This document shows, piece after piece, positions 59,674 to 64,000 of a DNA stretch of 64,000 nucleotides. Source of the stretch: a virus. The first letter of the stretch is position 1. The number at the start of each line of letters is the position of its first letter. The notes beneath the pieces were generated by a model. It made no database searches. It saw only the letters and a list, made by a program, of their open reading frames with translations, and was not told where the DNA came from. Position numbers and translations under genes: made by a program. The stretch covers positions 32,001 through 96,000 of IMG/VR virus record IMGVR_UViG_3300028423_000356, one strand, 5' to 3'.

Positions 59674-59709
59674 TAATAAAAACTTTATGGGCATATTTTG
59701 CCCATAATA

Positions 59710-59784
59710 GGGGACATAGTGCTAATGGGAACACGCTGCCTTTGCACGGCAGAGTTCGGGGTTCGACTCCCCGTGTCTCCACCA
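59710..59784 (+). tRNA. tRNA-Ala(TGC)
   Basis: Cloverleaf, G3:U70 pair, anticodon loop tttgcac, encoded CCA. Confidence 0.95.
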
Positions 59785-59785
59785 T

Positions 59786-59861
<76 letters not shown>

Positions 59862-59863
59862 AA

Positions 59864-59938
59864 GGTCTGTTAGTGAAGGGGTTATCACGCTTGACTGTCT
59901 ATCAGGAATCACGGGTTCGAATCCCGTACAGACCGCCA
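59864..59938 (+). tRNA. tRNA-Asp(GTC)
   Basis: Cloverleaf, loop ctgtcta, encoded CCA. Confidence 0.93.
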
Positions 59939-59968
59939 ATTACGTAAAAAAATAATTTAATATTCTAT

Positions 59969-60045
59969 ACTCCCGTAGCTCAACTGGATAGAGTGTCTGA
60001 CTACGAATCAGAAGGTTGTGGGTTCAAGTCCTACCGGGAGTGCCA
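59969..60045 (+). tRNA. tRNA-Arg(ACG)
   Basis: Cloverleaf, loop ctacgaa, encoded CCA. Confidence 0.94.
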
Positions 60046-60073
60046 TTCCATATAAATAATAAAAAAATGTATT

Positions 60074-60148
60074 GTCCCCATCGTCTAGTGGTTAGGACAC
60101 CACCCTTTCAAGGTGAAAACACGGGTTCGAATCCCGTTGGGGATACCA
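60074..60148 (+). tRNA. tRNA-Glu(TTC)
   Basis: Cloverleaf, loop ctttcaa, encoded CCA; TATAAATA at 60051. Confidence 0.94.
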
Positions 60149-60166
60149 TAAATAAAGGAATATTAA

Positions 60167-60727
60167 ATGGAAAATGGACTTTTAAAACATGGTGGCACAG
60201 GACACCAACATATATCAGATAAAACTATTTCATCTTGGAAAGATGTTTATGAAATAACAAAATTTAAAAGAGTTATGGAAATAGGTTTTAATGTTGGACA
60301 TAGTTCATATTTAATTTTAGATAGTTTTGAAGATGTATATGTTCATTCATTTGATATCTGTAAGTTTGATAGGCAATTGACTATTGAGACATCCAATAAA
60401 TTCAAAAATTATTTCAAAGAAAGATTTGATTTTACAGAGTGTGATTCTAAAAAACTATCAATAGATGATTTGAAAAAATATGAATTTGATTTTGTTTTCA
60501 TTGACGGTGACCATTCTTATGATGGTGTTAAAAATGATTATGAGATTGCTAAATCCCTTGGTGTTGAATATTGTTTAATAGATGATTATAATGAAGATTT
60601 TCCCGGTATACTAAAATTCATTGAAGATGTGGATGCAAATATTGTAAAAGTTTATAATATAGATTCAATGAATAAATTAGGTGAAAAAGTTAAAAATAAA
60701 GCAATTTTAGTTAAAATTAATTCATAA
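60167..60727 (+). CDS. Class I SAM-dependent methyltransferase (Methyltransf_24-like)
   Basis: VMEIGFNVGHSS; HSFDI; FDFVFIDGDHSYDGV..D; IDDY. Confidence 0.85.
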   Translation: MENGLLKHGGTGHQHISDKTISSWKDVYEITKFKRVMEIGFNVGHSSYLILDSFEDVYVHSFDICKFDRQLTIETSNKFKNYFKERFDFTECDSKKLSIDDLKKYEFDFVFIDGDHSYDGVKNDYEIAKSLGVEYCLIDDYNEDFPGILKFIEDVDANIVKVYNIDSMNKLGEKVKNKAILVKINS

Positions 60728-60781
60728 TACTATTGACTTTTGATATTTTATATACTACTTATATAAAAGAAGGAGATTGTT

Positions 60782-61045
60782 ATGGAATTAATTTTAAATA
60801 TTTTTGTATATGGTGTTATATTAATATCCTTTTGGATTTTAACACTTGTAATTATTAATATGATTGAAAGATATTTTATTGCAGATGGTAGTGAATACTT
60901 ATCTAACATATTCGTTTACGTGACTATAATACTACCAATAAACATAATATCGTTTTTTGTGATATTTATAATTGGGTTTATTGGATTAATAATAATGATT
61001 TTAATATTATTATATGACATTATTAAAGAAAAAGTATATAAATAA
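60782..61045 (+). CDS. Small membrane protein
   Basis: Two to three hydrophobic segments; RBS aaggag; CTATTGAC promoter at ~60730. Confidence 0.65.
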   Translation: MELILNIFVYGVILISFWILTLVIINMIERYFIADGSEYLSNIFVYVTIILPINIISFFVIFIIGFIGLIIMILILLYDIIKEKVYK

Positions 61046-61063
61046 AAGACATTTAAATAAAAT

Positions 61064-61139
61064 GCTCCTATAGCTCAGTTGGTAGAGCGACTGATTTGTA
61101 ATCAGTAGGTCTGTGGTTCGAACCCGCATGGGAGCACCA
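61064..61139 (+). tRNA. tRNA-Thr(TGT)
   Basis: Cloverleaf, loop tttgtaa, encoded CCA; TATAAATA at 61037. Confidence 0.95.
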
Positions 61140-61143
61140 AATT

Positions 61144-61236
61144 GGAAAGGTGGCAGAGTCTGGCTTATTGCAACGGTCTTGAAAACCGTCGAACGTTAAT
61201 AGCGTTCCGTGGGTTCAAATCCCACCCTTTCCGCCA
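61144..61236 (+). tRNA. tRNA-Ser(TGA)
   Basis: Long variable arm, loop cttgaaa, encoded CCA. Confidence 0.94.
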
Positions 61237-61260
61237 CAAAATAATTTAAGGAATTCAGAT

Positions 61261-61380
61261 ATGGATAAAAATAATTGGGTTAAGGAACATATTCGCAACC
61301 AAAGTTCTTTTAAGGGTTTCTTAATTGTATATGTAATAATTATGGGTGTATTTTTATTATCAGCACTCACTATAACTTAA
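61261..61380 (+). CDS. 39-aa single-TM small protein (absent from ORF track)
   Basis: RBS aagga; MDKNNWVKEHIRNQSSFKGFLIVYVIIMGVFLLSALTIT. Confidence 0.5.
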   Translation: MDKNNWVKEHIRNQSSFKGFLIVYVIIMGVFLLSALTIT

Positions 61381-61403
61381 TATAAAAAAACGGAGAATAT
61401 ATT

Positions 61404-61535
61404 ATGAAATTTACAGAATTGTTTTTTAATTCATTATTAAAATATTTCAATAGAAATGAAAAAAACGAAACATATTATTCTGAATGTGATTTAGGGGGTA
61501 TGTCTAGTCCTAGTGACAAAGATTATGAAATATAG
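61404..61535 (+). CDS. 43-aa small protein (absent from ORF track)
   Basis: RBS ggag; MKFTELFFNSLLKYF...DKDYEI; stop overlaps the tRNA-Trp 5' end. Confidence 0.4.
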   Translation: MKFTELFFNSLLKYFNRNEKNETYYSECDLGGMSSPSDKDYEI

Positions 61536-61608
61536 GGGTGTAGCTCAGTGGTAGAGCAGGAGTCTCCAAAACTTCGTGTCGGGGGTTCGATTCCCTCCAC
61601 CCCTGCCA
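61534..61608 (+). tRNA. tRNA-Trp(CCA)
   Basis: Cloverleaf, loop ctccaaa, encoded CCA. Confidence 0.94.
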
Positions 61609-61613
61609 ATCAT

Positions 61614-61690
61614 CTTGGTGTAGCTTAGTCTGGTAAAGCACTTGGTTTGGGACCAAGGGACCGTAGGTTCGAATCCTACCACCAAGACCA
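61614..61690 (+). tRNA. tRNA-Pro(TGG)
   Basis: Cloverleaf, loop tttggga, encoded CCA. Confidence 0.94.
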
Positions 61691-61726
61691 ATTTAAATTG
61701 TATATATAATTAAAAATGGATTTTAA

Positions 61727-62203
61727 ATGTTTACAAATAATCAAATTAATGAAATTGTTGAACTATTAATACAATGTGATAAAAACACTAAGGTTTATTT
61801 GGGATGTGATTCTATAAGGTATTTTGTAAATAATGAAACTTGGGCAAGATATGCAACAGTTGCTATCATACATAAAAATGGTAAAAACGGTTGTAGAATA
61901 TTTTCTAATATATCAAAACAAAGAGATTTTGACCCGAAACCAAATAAACCACGTATGAGAATGTTAAATGAAGTTCAAAATGTTTGTAATCTTTATTTGC
62001 AACTAAAACCATTTATTTCTGAATTTAATATAGAAATTCACTTAGACATTAATACTGACCCTAAACATGGTTCATCTTGTGTTGTTAATGAAGCAGCGGG
62101 ATACGTATTGGGTATGACAGGTGTTGAACCAAAATATAAACCCGATAGTTGGGCAGCAAGTTTTGGTGCTGATGGTGTTGTGCATGGTAGAATGGGAAAA
62201 TGA
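61727..62203 (+). CDS. RNase H-like YkuK-family protein
   Basis: VYLGCDS; YATV..IH...NGCRIF; R.LNEV; EIHLDIN.D...GS; SWAAS..AD. Confidence 0.8.
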   Translation: MFTNNQINEIVELLIQCDKNTKVYLGCDSIRYFVNNETWARYATVAIIHKNGKNGCRIFSNISKQRDFDPKPNKPRMRMLNEVQNVCNLYLQLKPFISEFNIEIHLDINTDPKHGSSCVVNEAAGYVLGMTGVEPKYKPDSWAASFGADGVVHGRMGK

Positions 62204-62218
62204 AGTGAAATTAATAGG

Positions 62219-63109
62219 ATGTGTATTATGAATGATAAATTTAAATCAATTAAAACACCTTTAAGATATCCTGGTGGAAAATCTAGGGCAACAGAAAAAA
62301 TGTCAAAGTTTCTACCTAATATGAACGATTATGTTTCATATAATGAAGCATTTTTGGGTGGTGGTTCATTTGCAATTTGGATGACTAAAAAATACCCTCA
62401 TTTAAAAATAAATGTGAATGACTTATATGAACCCCTATATAACTTTTGGGTTCAATTACGTGATAACGGGAATGATATGTCTGAAGAACTTTTAAGACTT
62501 AAAAATAAAAATCCTGAACCCACATCTGCTAAAAAATTATTTTTAGAATCAAAAGAATATGTTAATGATACTACTCTTGATGATTTTCAGAGAGCGGTGA
62601 GATTTTATATTGTTAATAAATGTTCATTTTCTGGATTAACTGAATCTTCTTCATTTAGTAAAGGTGCAAGTGAAAGTAATTTTTCTATTAGGGGTATAGA
62701 AAATTTAAAGTTATATTCTGTGTTAATAAAGGATTGGAATATAACTAATAATTCTTATGAAACTATGTTGAGTAATTACACCGAAACATTTGTTTATCTT
62801 GATCCTCCATATGATATAAAAGATAATTTGTATGGTAAAAAGGGTAATATGCATAATGGATTTAGTCACGATGAATTTGCAAAAACGTGTGATATATTCA
62901 AATGTCATCAAATGATTTCATATAATAATTCACAACTTGTTAAAGATAGATTTAAAGGTTGGAATACTGGACTTTTTGATTTAACGTATACTATGCGTTC
63001 AGTCGGTGATTATATGAATAATCAGAAAGACAGGAAAGAATTATTATTATTAAATTATAATACTAATAATCAAAATGGAAACTCTCTTGAATCTTTTTTT
63101 GGTGATTGA
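62219..63109 (+). CDS. dam: Dam-like DNA adenine methyltransferase
   Basis: PLRYPGGKSR; EAFLGGGS; FVYLDPPY; GFSHDEF. Confidence 0.9.
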   Translation: MCIMNDKFKSIKTPLRYPGGKSRATEKMSKFLPNMNDYVSYNEAFLGGGSFAIWMTKKYPHLKINVNDLYEPLYNFWVQLRDNGNDMSEELLRLKNKNPEPTSAKKLFLESKEYVNDTTLDDFQRAVRFYIVNKCSFSGLTESSSFSKGASESNFSIRGIENLKLYSVLIKDWNITNNSYETMLSNYTETFVYLDPPYDIKDNLYGKKGNMHNGFSHDEFAKTCDIFKCHQMISYNNSQLVKDRFKGWNTGLFDLTYTMRSVGDYMNNQKDRKELLLLNYNTNNQNGNSLESFFGD

Positions 63110-63110
63110 T

Positions 63111-63392
63111 ATGAATATTATGAAAATTAGTGACATACACAAATATAGAAATTATAGAAGTGTTATAGATTTACATGGGTATACTATTCATCAAGGATGG
63201 GAAAAATTTAATGAAACAATTAACAATTGTTATTTAAATGGACAGAATAAAATAGTAGTTATTACAGGACAAGGTTTAATGATGAGAGAATTTCCTGTTT
63301 GGTGTGATAATCATTATTATGTTAAAAGTTGTAATCAAAGTAAAAATAATCCAGGTAGTTTCACTTTGAAATTAAAAAAGAAAAAAATATAA
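63111..63392 (+). CDS. Stand-alone Smr (small MutS-related) domain protein
   Basis: IDLHGYT...; VVITGQG; NPGSF. Confidence 0.8.
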   Translation: MNIMKISDIHKYRNYRSVIDLHGYTIHQGWEKFNETINNCYLNGQNKIVVITGQGLMMREFPVWCDNHYYVKSCNQSKNNPGSFTLKLKKKKI

Positions 63393-63403
63393 ATAGATAT
63401 GAT

Positions 63404-63486
63404 GCGTCTGTGATGGAATTGGTAGACATGCTAGATTTAGATTCTAGTGCTTCGGCGTGAGAGTTCGAGTCTCTCCAGACGCACCA
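63404..63486 (+). tRNA. tRNA-Leu(TAG)
   Basis: Variable arm, loop tttagat, encoded CCA; TATAAATA at 63388. Confidence 0.94.
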
Positions 63487-63502
63487 AATCAATATAAAAT
63501 AA

Positions 63503-63577
63503 GGACAGGTGGCGGAGTGGTGACGCAACGGATTGCAAATCCGTATTACATGGGTTCGAATCCCATTCTGTCCTCCA
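63503..63577 (+). tRNA. tRNA-Cys(GCA)
   Basis: Cloverleaf, loop ttgcaaa, U73 discriminator, encoded CCA. Confidence 0.94.
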
Positions 63578-63663
63578 ATAATCAACAAAAAATAAAAAAA
63601 AAAACTATTGACTTTTTTTTCAAGTCAATCTATATCAATTTATAATACAATATGGAGAATGTG

Positions 63664-64000
63664 ATGATAAAATTAAAAGCAACAGATTATGAAACTTTAA
63701 TAGTTATGGGTTGGTATTTAATAAATGACTTGGAAATAGATTTTGATAAATCAAATATAAAGAAAAGTTTATATGATGTTTTAATTCAAGATGATGATGT
63801 TTTACAGATTGGTAAAAACATTGCATATAAAATAAAAACAGAATTAAATATGAATGGTGATGAGGATGCTAAACTTTTAAGTAGAAATAATAAATCACCC
63901 CTGACTGAATTTTGGATTTCATATGGTGCAGTAAATACAACTTCTAAAACTGATGTGCTTATTGGTGATAAAAGAATATCTGTTAAAATGGGTGATTCTC
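63664..64000 (+). CDS. 3'-truncated ORF, possible PD-(D/E)xK-like nuclease
   Basis: RBS ggag; frame open to window end; SKTDVLIGDKRISVK resembles a KTD...SxK nuclease core. Confidence 0.5.
   Translation, partial: MIKLKATDYETLIVMGWYLINDLEIDFDKSNIKKSLYDVLIQDDDVLQIGKNIAYKIKTELNMNGDEDAKLLSRNNKSPLTEFWISYGAVNTTSKTDVLIGDKRISVKMGDS

Noticed and set aside
60016-60222. ORFs 60016-60222 and 63457-63645
   Set aside because: They overlap well-formed tRNA genes (Arg/Glu and Leu/Cys)

Overview
This is a 64 kb, AT-rich segment of a large T4-like myovirus genome, with all credible genes on the + strand. Gene order: baseplate and tail-fibre genes (gp53, split gp5, gp25, gp6, gp7/9/8-like, VrlC/DUF4815, collar/PKD fibres), neck, terminase, sheath, tube and portal (gp13-gp20), a ~10 kb fibre/adhesin-like island inserted between gp20 and gp67/gp21, prohead genes, an interrupted gp23, then gp3, uvsY, uvsW, gp55, gp47/46, gp45/44/62, regA and 11 tRNAs interleaved with small accessory genes. 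The window also carries two DNA adenine methyltransferases. T4 late promoters (TATAAATA) mark the morphogenesis region and sigma70-type promoters mark the replication region. Three observations stand out. (1) An Asp-Ser-Asp (DSD) tripeptide occurs about 63 times by hand count across 19 mostly non-homologous morphogenesis proteins, with varied codons, and is missing from hub, tube, portal and capsid proteins; this suggests a virion-wide modification or ligand sequon. (2) The portal-adjacent island encodes a probably high-copy coiled-coil fibre and two PKD proteins with a shared NYCPSNC tail. (3) gp23 is frameshifted and lacks its most conserved segment, most likely an assembly artefact but worth checking. 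All calls come from recognising motifs and synteny by eye; no database searches were run.
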